60,925 nt of DNA from Phoronis australis (Eukaryota > Animalia > Phoronida). Location of the stretch: positions 332,698 to 393,622 of the forward strand of contig NMRA01000229.1 in assembly GCA_002633005.1 (NCBI GenBank), given 5' to 3'. This document shows, piece after piece, positions 44,158 through 57,120 of the stretch. Both the position numbers and the translations under genes were made by a program. Under the pieces are notes generated by a model. The model was not told the origin of the DNA. It made no database searches and saw only the letters and a list, made by a program, of their open reading frames with translations. Position 1 is the stretch's first letter. Each line of letters starts with the position of its first letter.

Positions 44158-47100
44158 CCCAGTAAACATGAGAGTATTGGCCCAGTACTGGATTTCTGTT
44201 GCTTGATAACGCTTGTACCGTATACCGGTTTACGTTTCTGGGCCACGAATGGCCCAGTACCGTCCCCACGACACTAACCCAGTGAACTTTCCCTTAGCGG
44301 CTCGCCGGTATTGGACCGGTAAACACAGACTTGAACACAAGCGGGCAGTTAGAGGCTTGCCCACAGGAAGGCTAAAACTTTTGACTTTTTTAAAAAAATC
44401 AGATGGGTGACAATAAAACTTTTCAACTTTCATAAAAAATTAATTGCCAGCAGCTGTATTACAGTGTAATTTTATTTTTTAAAGAAAACTTTCCACCAGA
44501 TGACCTTCATGAAAAAAACCGCTATTTTGAAATTTCCGTTGAAGAACACTTGAGTTGTTTAGAGTTTGAAACCAACGTGTGTAACAGAATAGTGAAGGAT
44601 TTTCACAGTGAACTTCAGATTTCAGGTAAGTTTCATATTTTTTCGCTTTGCATGCCATGCCAGTGTCTGTAAGAGTAAACAAAACATGATTTATACCACA
44701 GACGTTCTCAGCTTCTGATCGTCGCCAATGGCCAATACAAATTGGGCACACAATATACTACAAGATATGACACTCGGGATTCGCCCATATCAAACACAAA
44801 ACTCAATAAATGAACACAAAACAGGGTCCAACAAACCACGAGCATAAATAAAAATATTTCCAGGTGATCAGTGCAATGGGCCCACATGCGAGGCCTGCGC
44901 ACGTCTGGTACAACGTGTATCAGACCGCCTGCAATTATTTTATATTTATTATAAACCACGAGCAATATATCTTTCTCCTGGTAGTGAACCACCCGTGGGA
45001 TTCCTTGTCCCGAGTGTCATACCTTGTGGTATTATATACAGAGGATGAGGACACCTTTGAATTGCTCATGGTTTGCCGAACCCTTGTTTTGTGTAAATTT
45101 ATTGGGTTTCGCATTTGATATGGACGGCTGTAGTGACCCAGTGAAGCACACATGAAATTTTTAGTCCTGAGTGTCATACTGTGTGGTATATTTGTATAGT
45201 GTATTGGGTACGATCAGAAGCTGAGGACGTTTGAGTAAAACCACAGGCGTCATCAGCCTCTGAGTCTGACCGCCCCAAATACACTATAATACAAAAAGGT
45301 CGGACACTCGATTTTTGTGTGAAGTGAAGCACTCATGGAATTACTAGTTCCGAGTGTTATGCCTTGTGGTAGGCCTATTATTAACGATGATCAGAAGTTG
45401 AGGATGCCTGTGATTTACAACAGGGGGGGAGGAATTTCCCGATGACCCATAAGTTAACCATATTATAAACATAAAGGTTGGACACTGAAATTTTGCCAAG
45501 CCTAGGCTGCCAGCTTCAACTGTTCTAAATCCAAGTAAAATCTGTGTGCACCTCCCTCAGACTGGTATTGCATAAACAGGGCTATTCCTGACCACATTTG
45601 AACCAGTGTCCTTTGGGTGCCCCTGATGATAAAAATTATGTCTTTTTCAAAAAGTTGTGTCTGGCAGACTTTGTGTAATTAAGTGGTAACATACTGAGTT
45701 AGGGATTTTTTGGTTTTAAACAAGGTCATTTTATAAACCCAGAGTTAAAATACATTAAAAGCGAAATTAAATTATGTAAGCGACACTCATCCAGCATTTC
45801 GTGGGCGGACTAAAACAAGAGCTTTGGAATTGCTTCGGCACTGTTTATGAAAAATCCGGATTTGTATGACAGTGATCTGCCATGAACGTCAAAAAATAAC
45901 CTTGATGGGCTTCAACATTTTTGTTTGTAAATCACCTCTCGAAGGCAGTTTTAATATGATAAAGTGAAAGAAGGTATTCAAAAAATTGTTTGGTGTTGAT
46001 TTCGTTTAGTTCCATGCACATTTGAGTAGAAAATACTAAGCCAACCAATGTTTAAAGTCCAGCCTTTATGTTTTAATATGTAGCCCAGTGAGTGACCTCA
46101 TTGGTGATCGAGGAACAGATAAACTGAAAACTGAAGTGTCTGGTTCATATTTGCCAGTTTCACGCCAGCATGACTCTATTTGACTTTTTTAAAGTATGAT
46201 AACAAAGAATATTTCTGGCTAAGCAATTGAATGTAGCTCCTGAACATCAGTTTTCATGAAACACCTGCTAGTATAGAAAAATTGGGAACATTGCAGGGGG
46301 GCGGGTTCCTCTTTGTTTGAATTTTTTGCTTATTTGCGTAACTCTTTTTAAGGATTTCTTCATAAAATTAGTTAAGTTCAGAGTTTACATAGCTGATCTA
46401 GGAATGAAGTGAACTTGAAAATTTGCTTCTGTAGCCAGTTTCTCCCATGCAAAGTTGCTTTTCTTAAGTTTGAATTCGACCTCCGAAACTGTGCTGTGGG
46501 GCTTTAAAGATGGTTATGAACCTCTATCTATTTTTATATGCCCATTTTACATGTTCTATCTCATTTTAGTTGTTTGAAAACGAAACTCCAAATGCCCAAA
46601 TATCAAAATCCAAAACAATGCAGGCTATTGGTTATATAATGAAACGTAAACAATCCCCGTTTTGTTGCTGTGTTTACTTCTTTGACAACATTGCTGACCT
46701 TGTGCATGCGCGGCATCGTTCAATAGAAGGGGCACTCAGCCTCATCTCCAAGCCTCAAGATGGTGCTGATCAGTTAAGCCATTTGAGGCTTGGTAATGGG
46801 AAATGAAATGTGTCAGAATTTTCACAGAAATTGTCGGAATGTCATAAGCAATTTGGAAATTTTCTGCAGTTTTATATAAAAATAAAACTAATGGTATATT
46901 GTAGCAATTTAGATCTAAATTATTGCAAAAATGATGTATTTTGTTTCAAAAACACATTAATACTATTCATAAATAAGAATTGAAAAAGAAGTACAACCTT
47001 TACTTCAGACAATAACTTAAACAATGCCTTCTGTCGCTTGAATGGCTGCAATGTGAAAATAATTACCATCGGTCTTTGTTCAATGACGTCAAGGCATCGG

Positions 47101-48130
47101 TCAATCATTGTGCAGAAAGTAATTCATATAACCAAGCCTCAAATGGCTAAACCCATAAGCGCCATCTTGAGGCTTGGGGACAAAGTTGAAAAGGTCACAT
47201 CAGTGTCAATTGTGTGTAAACACAGAGCAAAACCATCAATTGATGCTCATAAGACTTTTTGTAAGATTGTGAAGTATTTTTTAGGAATTTAAAAATGGTA
47301 AAAAATAGACAATAGACATTTTGGGAAGAAATGGGATGAATAAAAAGTCGTTTCTGAAAATATTTATTACAAGAATCTAAAGTCCTACAACCAGCTGTAA
47401 TACTTGTGTTTAGAAAGAGTGAAACATTTATATCTTGCAGATTATACATTGCAAATAAGTTTCTTGTTGGAATGATATGCAGTGTCTTTAGGTAATTCTT
47501 ATTATGCATAACTTATCTGGAAAATGTATAGTGGAGTCTTTTAGTTTGTACTCAAAGATACTAAGCAGTTTTTGTTTTATTTCAGGGATTGTGGTCAAGG
47601 AGCACAGTAATGCTAATGCAAACTTTATAGTAAAAGAGGCACCATGTTCCGAAACGCTGGAGACAGGGAGGGAGGGTGAAGACTGTGTGAAGCTGCCAGT
47701 CCACTAATAAGCCCGAGACAGTTTTGTTAAAAATAATTAGTTTCTTAGTTGTTATTTGTATAATTCATAATTTTTTGTAAGTATTTTACCTGAGCAGTTT
47801 CATAGTAATAAAAGTATTAAAGAACAAGAGTCTTTTCTTCTTGTAAGTCACAGCTAGTGTACTGGCTTAATAGGAGCCCATCAATGGCCCTGTACTGGGC
47901 CAACACAATCTGTCAATACTGGCCCTTTACAGGGCCGAAACCGGTTATTGGTGTACTGGCCCAGTAATGGCGTGGTACTGGTCCTTTACTGGCTCGATAC
48001 CGCAATCTTGTATCGGGGCCAATACGGGGAAGGTGTGCAGAATGTTATTGGGCCAGTACTGGCCTACATCATTGGGCCAATACAGAAGACATTTCAGGGC
48101 CAGTATTGGCCCAGTACCTGCATGTTTACT
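44158..48130. mobile_element. ~4-kb non-autonomous TIR element with CCCAG terminus and subterminal TACTGGCCC repeats (EnSpm/CMC-like)
   Basis: Left CCCAGTAAACATGAGAGTATTGGCCCAGTACTGG versus right CCAGTATTGGCCCAGTACCTGCATGTTTACT; dense GGCCCAGTA/TACTGGCC arrays at 44170-44330 and 47860-48120. Confidence 0.6.
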
Positions 48131-48955
48131 AACAATCTGGAGTAACGGAGCCGGCTGATCTAGGCAACGTTGAAATTCGACAGGGTTTCGGCGCAATTAG
48201 GACCCCTTTCAGTTCTGACTAAATCTCGAAAAATATCTTCACAAGTGCAATACCTAAAGAAATAATTAGCGGCTAGGCGCAATAACGCCATAACAAATTT
48301 GAAAAAACGCTATTCGATTGAACTGCATAACAATCACTTATGTTACCGGGATTCAATAGCTATGAGGCGAGATTCCTTTTGACGAACATCAAAAACGAGG
48401 TTAATCCTTAGCATGGCACCAGAGTAGAAAAATGAATATTTTTTAAAAATTAGTCCTGTTATGGAGAAGAAGATTTAGTTTGTGGAGAGTGAAACTGATT
48501 AAATATTTTAATTTTGTTAAGCAAATAACCAAGAGCCATACTATTTGTATATAGCTAAAACTCATGATTATCGCCTCCAGTTAAGTAGCGCTAGGAACTC
48601 GTTAAAAGCAAGACTTCGCGAAACTACGTCAGACATTGTCGTAAATTTTCAATGAGAATACCTGACTTTGATTAGATTTTAGCTAGGTCCTAGCGTAGGT
48701 CCCATTGTTACTGAACGCACGCCCGGTTATATCCGTTTACTTGTAGGGTACGTAGCTTGAAAACAAGTATTTATTCTTCACTCCCTGTAATTTGGTTATG
48801 ATGCCATTGTTACAAGAGACACCTCCCAACATCACAATATTCCACAGGTGACACATCTAAGGTTACCACAAGACATTCAAGATACAAGTCCTCTGCCATA
48901 TTTTAGAAGTCAATTTTTTTCTGAAAAACTTAAGAGCAGATATAACCTCCATGGG

Positions 48956-49075
48956 TATTCAATATAGTATGTCTATCTGGGACAGTGTTCAAGATAGTAT
49001 GTCTATCTGGGACAGTGTTCAAGATAGTATGTCTATCTGGGACAGTGTTCAAGATATTATGTCTATCTGGGACTA
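48956..49075. repeat. 30-bp minisatellite, ~4 units
   Basis: Unit GTTCAAGATAGTATGTCTATCTGGGACAGT. Confidence 0.92.
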
Positions 49076-52000
49076 CGTTGACAGAAATTTGGTGTTAGGC
49101 TCACAGTTCGCAATTGCTGAAAAGGTTCAGTAGCCACGTGCATTATGAACGCATCACAGTCTAGAATTATACATAGCAATCTCGATAAATTCCGGTTTTG
49201 TGTGTATCCCCAGGGAATTTGGGCCATTGCGCAAGTGATATTTGATTATTTTTCCGATAAATCCATGTAGAGCGTACGTCAAGACCAATTCTCTGACTTT
49301 GTCAGTTTTCACGGAACCCTGGATTACGTTGTACTACTTGAATGAATTCCATATTACTCCAGCGAGGAGTTTTTGTCGGCAAAATCATGGGTTATGAATT
49401 TGGGTTTCTGATAGGGAATAGTATCACATGTTGCTTTTAAATTTTAGGACTGTCTTGCTTCTAACCACTGAGAAATATACAGTGGGAGACAAATTGGAAT
49501 TAAGGGTATTTTCGACTGCCAAATCCATACGACCAGAAAGCGCTGCCATCAACATACAGAACCACATGTACTGTAGCTGTCAGTAACACTAATATCACAG
49601 TAAAAAGAATGGGCCTAAAATAGACCACGTACATGTACATGTAGGTGTCCTGTTTCGGACAGTTTTAAAATCTGTATTTTAATGGCAATCAACGTATGCT
49701 TATTTAGAGCTTTATAGGCCGAAACGCTCCTATCCACGGCTCTGATGCCATAGCCAACAAGTTCTGCACAGGAGACAGTTATGATACACCGCGTCAAAGA
49801 CCTTTGTCTGTTCTAAGAATACGACACGAGCTTCCCCTCTACAAGCTGGACAACAGGTAATCTGTAACATGGATCAGAGTTATACCTGTGGATTGTCCAC
49901 GTCCAAATCCATGTTTTGAAGTACATGAAAAAGAGTATACATGTAGCATTTGAATCTCTGATAGTACTGTATATCTTTGTTAGATGAGCTCCAGTTACAA
50001 TCATGCATAAATGAATGTTTTGCAATTCATACATCACAACGATTCTATAAGTGGACTATGTTTTCATGTTGTTTGTACAAAGTAAACTGCTGTTGTGCTG
50101 CCGGTGTCTCCGTACAGAACTGCATTGGCTGCATACTTATGTACTCGGAAAAACTAAAGCGCTCTAGAACGAAGCATTTCACATTGCAAAAACATTTATA
50201 GCCCCAAAATCCAGAACAATACTCTATGACACCTAACAAAGTAGTCGACGCATTTTATATAAGTGTTAAAACATGCTTTGTAACATCTTGTAATTACCGA
50301 CAAAGACGCCTACATGTAGCGCTCTGCCTCAGTGCGGATTCTGCAGTACCCGAGCCGTTGTCTCATATAATCTACAGTAGATTCTCTTTGAGAAATACCA
50401 ATAAATACTTACATTTACAGGCATACATGCCTTTAGATCCAAAATTATTATTTTTTATTCTCGAAGTGTGCAACAGTTCTTTTTTCAAAGTTAACACATA
50501 CATGTATGTTCCATTTCCAACACCAATTATGTAACATGTTTAGCATCATTTGTAAATGCAAACTGCCTTCGCTGCTTGGAAAAGAACTAAATCACCTTTG
50601 TAAAAAAGCAGCGCCAATTTCAACCTCCAATATCAATATCCTTTTCACACTGGTTTAGATCAATAACTAAGTCATCTTGATTGACATCAAACCAAGCTAT
50701 TTTGTCGTCACCTGCCAGTTTAATGCAGGCTTCTGTATGCGCATTACAAAGCCTTGGCAGTAGAGAGAAATTTTCCAACAATTCTCACCTAAGTCAACTT
50801 ATACAACAACAATTTTCTACCTAAAATACCAAGCGCTTTTTACACAACCAAAAGGTGGCATGTAATGTGTGTTTTTTAAATTATTTTGGACAACTGAAGT
50901 TAGAGTGAAACCATGGTGGGAGCAGGGCCTATCCCTTCGGAGGCCATTTTGCTCTTCAACCAATTTGTTATTAAAATCCCAAAACTCCATACGTCTGTCA
51001 TTTAAAAGACAGAAACCTTGCTGACACTGAACAATAAGCTAACTGTCCTGTAATTCAAAGGAATACTTATATATTTTTAGGTAGCTTATAGGTATTGGAT
51101 CAGTAATTGCATTGCACCACATGGATAGAAGTTTACAATGTACCTGAAGGCAGAACCAAATTAAATAAATTCATTAACTAAAAAATGAAACAGGTAATAA
51201 TTTTTTCAAAACTTCATTCGGCATGTATGTCGTAAGTTATTTTTGTCCTCCGGTGAGAGGACACAGATTTAAAAAAAAAACACCGGTGATAAAACAAAAG
51301 TCACAAAATGAATGGATTATGGCAGTTAACTGTCGCAGGGAGATGGCTTTTTCCAAAGATCTGTAATGGAAATTAAAGAATCAACTCTCTCCAAGTTCTC
51401 TAGAAGTTTTCCTTGCCATGAACTAATTAGTTACTAAGCAGTTAAAGGGAACTGAAAGGTCACTTGACATGGACTTTATGTGGTACGAGATTTGTTGGGT
51501 TGTCAAACCTCATCAAATTTGGTGGGTTTTTGAAACTCATTGCACTTGCTGACGCCCTGCAACTTAGAGGTGGAAATTATTTTGTCATGTATCAGATAGA
51601 TCTTAAACGTCATCTTGTGCGTCTTTGGAAATCCCGCTTGTATTGAGGTGCTGATTTATGACGTATGCCATTAAGAGCATTAATTAAAACCATTTCCGGT
51701 GGATCGTACGTGAAAAATATACAAAGCGTTTCAGATTCATGCTCAACTATTCTTTATATGGCTGTAATCCAATGAAAGGCGCCCTAAATAATCATTTTAA
51801 GGTTCCAATTTTAATCCATGAGAAAACGGTGTTCTCATCGTAAGACAAAGCTTTCTAAGATTTTTATCAAGTTTCCTGTAATACTTTACTACCGAACATG
51901 GCATTATTCTTCTTATGGTCTAAATTTCCTGAGAATTGCTTGCAAAAATGCAAAAAAAAACAAATGGTAGGGCTACCCTTACTTTTTGGTAGTTTAATGA

Positions 52001-52169
52001 CCTGTTAAAGTTGTTTTGTGAAACAAACTCTATGTCTTCAAAGGTATTCGACAGTTTAAGTAGATCGGAGGGGGGATATTTGGTCAAAACCAACATTGAG
52101 AAATTATAATTCTTTTTAACAAACTTAAAAAATGAAGATGATATTGATGTTTATCAACACTGAGGTCTT

Positions 52170-52221
52170 TTTTGCCAGTCCAGATCTGATGCCGGTAGAA
52201 GATGAGCCTCGTGTACGTGTG

Positions 52222-52252
<31 letters not shown>

Positions 52253-52262
52253 TTGTGTGTTA

Positions 52263-52293
<31 letters not shown>

Positions 52294-53000
52294 CGCGTTT
52301 GCCACCACTGGCAATTTTAGTTTTGTTGTTATTTTCTACATGTATATTTACCAAATTCTTGGATAGATTTTCATGAATTTTGGCTGATACGTTTCTGTTA
52401 TGGAGACTTTCCATTTTCTTGCGGACTCTACGTACATGTACAGTAATCAGCGCCCCTTGTAGTGGCAATTTATGTTATTCGTTGTGTCAAACTGCTTGAA
52501 CGATCATCACAAAGCTTTTTCGGATATGTTGCTATTGGGATGATATTTGATGTTGATTGTTGACTTGTCTTTCTCCAGTGGCCCCTCTTGGTGGCAATTT
52601 AGTATGCCTTTGTATCGACCAAGTTCCTTGATGCATTTTGATTAAATACGACAAATAGTTTTTTTATTATGTTAGACAACGACAATTCCCAGTTTGGACA
52701 AGATTCAACATATTCTGCGCCCGCTAGAGGCCATTTTTCTTATTGCTGGCATCTGCCTCTTTGTCCTCCAAATAGTGACTGAAGGATAAAATTTTATTCA
52801 CGTGCTTCTATTAAGGAGATGATCGTGACTGGCACCGGTTTTCTGGTGTTTCCTGCCACATCAGTTTCCGGTGCAGCAATAGATGTATCTACCAAATTCT
52901 TAAAGTTAGCGAAAATTTGTAAAATTTGGTGTATGTTTTCCAAATGAGTGTCTGATTACTGTCGCATCCTCTGGTAACAATTTATGTTGTAGATATGGCT
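52170..53000 (+). mobile_element. Microsatellite-containing element with degenerate core repeats (DINE-1/Pearl-like)
   Basis: (GTGC)n/(GT)n followed by recurring GCCCC.....TGGCAATTTA motifs at ~52452, 52580, 52719 and 52965. Confidence 0.4.
52216..52297. repeat. Compound (GTGC)n/(GT)n microsatellite
   Basis: Directly visible. Confidence 0.95.
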
Positions 53001-53358
53001 ATTTGTAGATGTGGCTACATGTATGTGTCTAGTAAGCTTCTTGATGGATGAAATTTGGCAAATGAAATGTCAATGATATGACGGTGATTGCCTTGTTTAA
53101 GATAAATGTGATGTTTACTGCACCATCTTGTGTTATTTATATTTTATAGTGTTCCATAATGTTTATGAACGCACCTAGAAGCATACCGTTAGTGGTCATG
53201 GTGACAAAAATTTGTAATATTATGTTGAATATGGTTTCATTGTTGCTTCTTTTTATCTCCATTAGATGTATTTGTTGCCCCAAGATTCCGCTCTGTGAAA
53301 ACACAGGTTCTGTGTATTTAAACGTACATCAAGAATGTAGGATTTCTCCGAAGTTACA

Positions 53359-54225
53359 ATGGATATGAAAGACAGACGAATGACTGTTCAACATTTGGCA
53401 AACACTGTTTGCTTCAGCAATGTGTCCGTCTCTAAAATTTTGAGTAAAGATTTGGGCATGAGTAAGCTGAGTGCACGATGGGTGTCAAGAATGTTAACTT
53501 GGGATCAGAAAATTAGCAGAATGCAAATTTCAAAAGAAATTCTAAGAAGATTCCAAGCAGATTCAGCTAAATTTTCCAGAAGATTTGTAACCCAGGATGA
53601 GACATGGGTCCACTACTTTGACATGAAATCAAAATAACAAAATAAACAATTGAAGCACGAAGCCTGAGAATGTTAAGTTGGGTGCCTCTGCGAGCAAAGT
53701 TATAGCCTCTGTGTTCAAGAACAGCGAAGGTATTCTGATGATCGAAAACTTGCAACGAAGACATATGGTTACTGGGAATTATTATGCATTACTTTTGGAA
53801 AAACTCAAAAAAGCAATCAAGGAAAAGAGACGCGGGATGTTTCGGGATGGAGTGTAGTTGCTTCAAGACAACGCACCTGCAAATACTGCCCAAGTTGCGT
53901 TGGCTGAAGGAACTAGATGTGGCTTTGAAATCCTTCGGCACCCCGCCGATTCTCCAGATTTGGCCCGTCTGATTTTTATTTGTTTCCACAATTGAAGGCC
54001 TACCTACATGTACAGTATGTGAGCAATGATGACGTCATGAACGCCGTGGAGGAGTATTTTGAGGGGCTCAACAAAAGTTTCTTATACGAAGGCATCGCAA
54101 AACTGGAGCACAGATGAAAGAAATGCATTGATGTAACGGGAGATTATACTGGAAAATAAAAGCCCAAATTAGTTGCTATCTCGTTGTTTTCTGGGTGAGA
54201 CCTAGAACATATTGAACCACCCTCG
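53359..54225 (+). mobile_element. Decayed, 5'-truncated mariner (Tc1/mariner) transposase with right TIR
   Basis: KDRRMTVQHLA...LSARWVSRML...FVTQDETWVHYFD, QDNAP and HPADSPDLA motifs across frames with stops; ends TTGAACCACCCTCG|TA. Confidence 0.92.
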
Positions 54226-55716
54226 TAGACGAACGTAGAACACATGGAACAAAATACTGTACATGTAAGTAGTATCTAACATAAGCATTAAAATATTTAG
54301 ACATTACGAACATATCAAGAATAAAAACATGCACAGATATAGAAATCAGAAGCAACGAGATTAATGAAGCGATGCGTGAAAATTTACATTGCTTAAGAGG
54401 AATTCATTGAGAAAAAGGTCGAAGTGTGAACTACCATTTAATAATAAGGAATCTTTAGTAGGGATGTTATTACAGGAACTGAAAGCATTTACAATTATTA
54501 GTTTGTTTTCATTGAGTCCACGGAAGTGTGAGTTTCTCGGGTATTCCTTCAATGAGGACACATTTGAAGAAAACATGGAGATAAGATTGATGGTCACAGC
54601 ATTTACAGTTTGGAGAGACATTACTAAATTTGTGCCTAAACATGCCGGAGTTGAGGAAAAGACCGCATCTCGAATCGGTACAATGACATATTTCGTTTTC
54701 GCGGGGAAGCCAGTATAATGTCAGGGGCATTGAGTTGTCAAAATTAGGAAAACCAATTTTCATACTCTTAAAATATTTGCTTTCCTTAACCTAATGCTGG
54801 TGTATTTTCAAATCATCATTCACTAATTCAAGAGTATCGTAAGTTATTCCTAACAATGGCAAAAAGAAAGCGAAAGAGCAAATCTTTTATAAAACAATTG
54901 AAATTCAGTTTCTAGAACAAATGTCCTACAGTATGTGTTTGTCACACGATTTTCGGTGGTTCTTGGGTGTTATCTCGGACCTTATTTGACTCCACGCAGT
55001 ATCTACATGTACATGTATACTGTCGCCAGAAAAAAACTGACGCTTTTTGTTGTGAACGATGATTGAAAGTACACACTACCGATGAAGTTTCTCATGCACA
55101 TGCCTGAACTAAGGCAAAATGAATTAGGAGGAGGGCTAAATTCGTGGGCGAGCAAATAACCATTGAAAACGAATATTTTTCAAAGGGGCGTCTTCCGATC
55201 ATTGCCTTCAGGAAAGTAGGACAGCTGCCGTGAATGCTTGTTATTAGCGTAGCAGTCGACGGTTTCTTTCTTTTTGTCTTTTTATTAGTTTTTGTCTTCA
55301 TTTCTTTCCCTTATGGTCCACCCCTTTATTTTGTTCTTCATGCCTGCGGATGGGAGGTGGAACGATCCACAGACCAATCCAAACTAAAAATGTTATAGAT
55401 CAGTGAATCATTATTCATCTTTGGGTGTAATTGAACTGTTTTTAAAATTTTAAAATTACGTACGCGCGAATTCTTTTTCTGTAAATCATGGGGGCTCTAG
55501 CCCCCAGCTTCCTGTGTTTCCGACAGCTCTGCTACAGAAGGGTCAAATTTTGAGGCCAAAACTAAACAAAATAGTGGCTTGTGAGGGGTGGCTAATCCGA
55601 GCGCTGGGCTAACGTAGCGATACAAAGAGCAAACATTTTCTGATTTACATTTGTAACATTTATTACCGCATGTGATCAAGATAAATGTTTATAATTTCCG
55701 TTTTTCATTCGTTCCA

Positions 55717-55790
55717 GGTTTTCCGAATGTTCTCTCAGAAATTGACAGTACGCACGTAAAAGTTACGAGACCTTCAGTCGCAGGGAATAA
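55717..55790 (+). mobile_element. PIF/Harbinger transposase fragment
   Basis: GFPNVLSEIDSTHVKVTRPS matches the HARBI1-type first catalytic-Asp motif (GFPxVxGAIDCTHV); preceded by a splice acceptor. Confidence 0.7.
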
Positions 55791-56343
55791 CCAACATATT
55801 GTATCTGCGAGAGATTCTGCACATGTAACTTCAAAAAACACTTGTACAACAATTGTACTTAAATATTGTGAATTGTTGACCAATTGGCGTTCCTTAAAAG
55901 GGAGTTAAATAAAACACATTCATGAATGATCTGTTTAATATTTGTTTTATTCTGGATAGCTATAATAATTAAATTAATACTAAACAAGTGTAAAAAATTG
56001 AACTATCTCTCAATTAAAACAGTCAAAAATTCTTCAAAAAACAATGTCAAACGACTTTAAATAATTTACAAACACATCATGAATTAGGAAACACCTAACG
56101 AAAATAGAGAGATGAAATTACAATCAGACTACTTATTTTAGATAAAAATCAATTAAAACATTTTAAATTTGTAACCATAATTCATACATAGACTAACAAA
56201 CAGTAAGTAAAAGTAAATTAAGACATTTTTAAGTTGATAATTAGTATTCGTGTTTGTAACACCGAAATACAATTCTCATCCCCACCCTCTTTTCGGCCGA
56301 AACACAAAAACGTTATATTTATAAAACAAACCCTTTGTGAGTT

Positions 56344-56537
56344 TCATTCTTGGTCAGGTCCAATCCCAATGTTCGGGAAGTCTCTGAGAATTTCATTAGA
56401 TATTTGAAATTTTATCAGCAAAAGCACTTCTTTTTCTTGCTTCAGCAAATCTAAATGTAATTTCAACTGTTCCTTGTCCAATCTCGTGTTTTCAACACGG
56501 CTAAATCTACAAGGTATTTTCTTGATTTTTGTGTCAC
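56344..56537 (-). mobile_element. Probable C-terminal coiled-coil exon of a Harbinger Myb/SANT-type partner protein
   Basis: VENTRLDKEQLKLHLDLLKQEKEVLLLIKFQ...DQE*; Leu/Glu/Lys heptad pattern; convergent with the transposase fragment. Confidence 0.4.
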
Positions 56538-56636
56538 TGTAAACGAAGTAGTGAAAAGTATAAGAGCATGTACAGGTTCAGAGCACAACCGGTTATACAG
56601 TAAAATTTCTGTAAGAACACAACATTTTCATCTTAA

Positions 56637-57082
56637 AGGCATTGTCCACCTCCGTGGGAGCTTCACGAGAGTCAGTTACGTTTCATCACGCCTGTTCAAT
56701 ATCAACCCGTGAAATTACAATGTACATATATTTTTAATCCTCCATAAAAGACGAATCAGAAACTGTACTTAGGAACATCAGATAAGTATTCTGAAAGTTA
56801 TTTTTTGTGACATGTTTTGAACATGTTTTTTTTTTCAACACATGGATGGAATCGCATGAAAAATTGTGCATTTGTCATAGGCACTATAGTCGAGGTAATG
56901 GTGTCAAAAGAAATTTTTACAAAATGGTCACGTGGCTCAGAACAAAGGCTTGAAATGTTAGTGCATAGATTCAGGTTCGTCTGCCATTGAGTAATCAGAA
57001 AACATACTTCTTTGGGTTAATACTGAATTAATAAAGGTATTTGATAAAACGTGGGTGGCGCCCACGAAGGTTGACAATACCC
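56637..57082. mobile_element. MITE with ~22-bp TIR at a TTAA site (Kolobok-type termini)
   Basis: AGGCATTGTCCACCTCCGTGGG versus reverse complement of the right end GGGTATTGTCAACCTTCGTGGG; flanks TTAA / TTAG. Confidence 0.65.
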
Positions 57083-57120
57083 TTAGTCAGTTGGGTGTCG
57101 TGGTATAATCAACAATTTAA

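Noticed and set aside
48956-49075. Regular 30-bp repeats as a CRISPR array
   Set aside because: Head-to-tail units with no spacers; eukaryotic context, no cas genes.
52084-52468. HT/ARTH-repeat ORFs
   Set aside because: Translation of (GT)n/(GTGC)n microsatellites.
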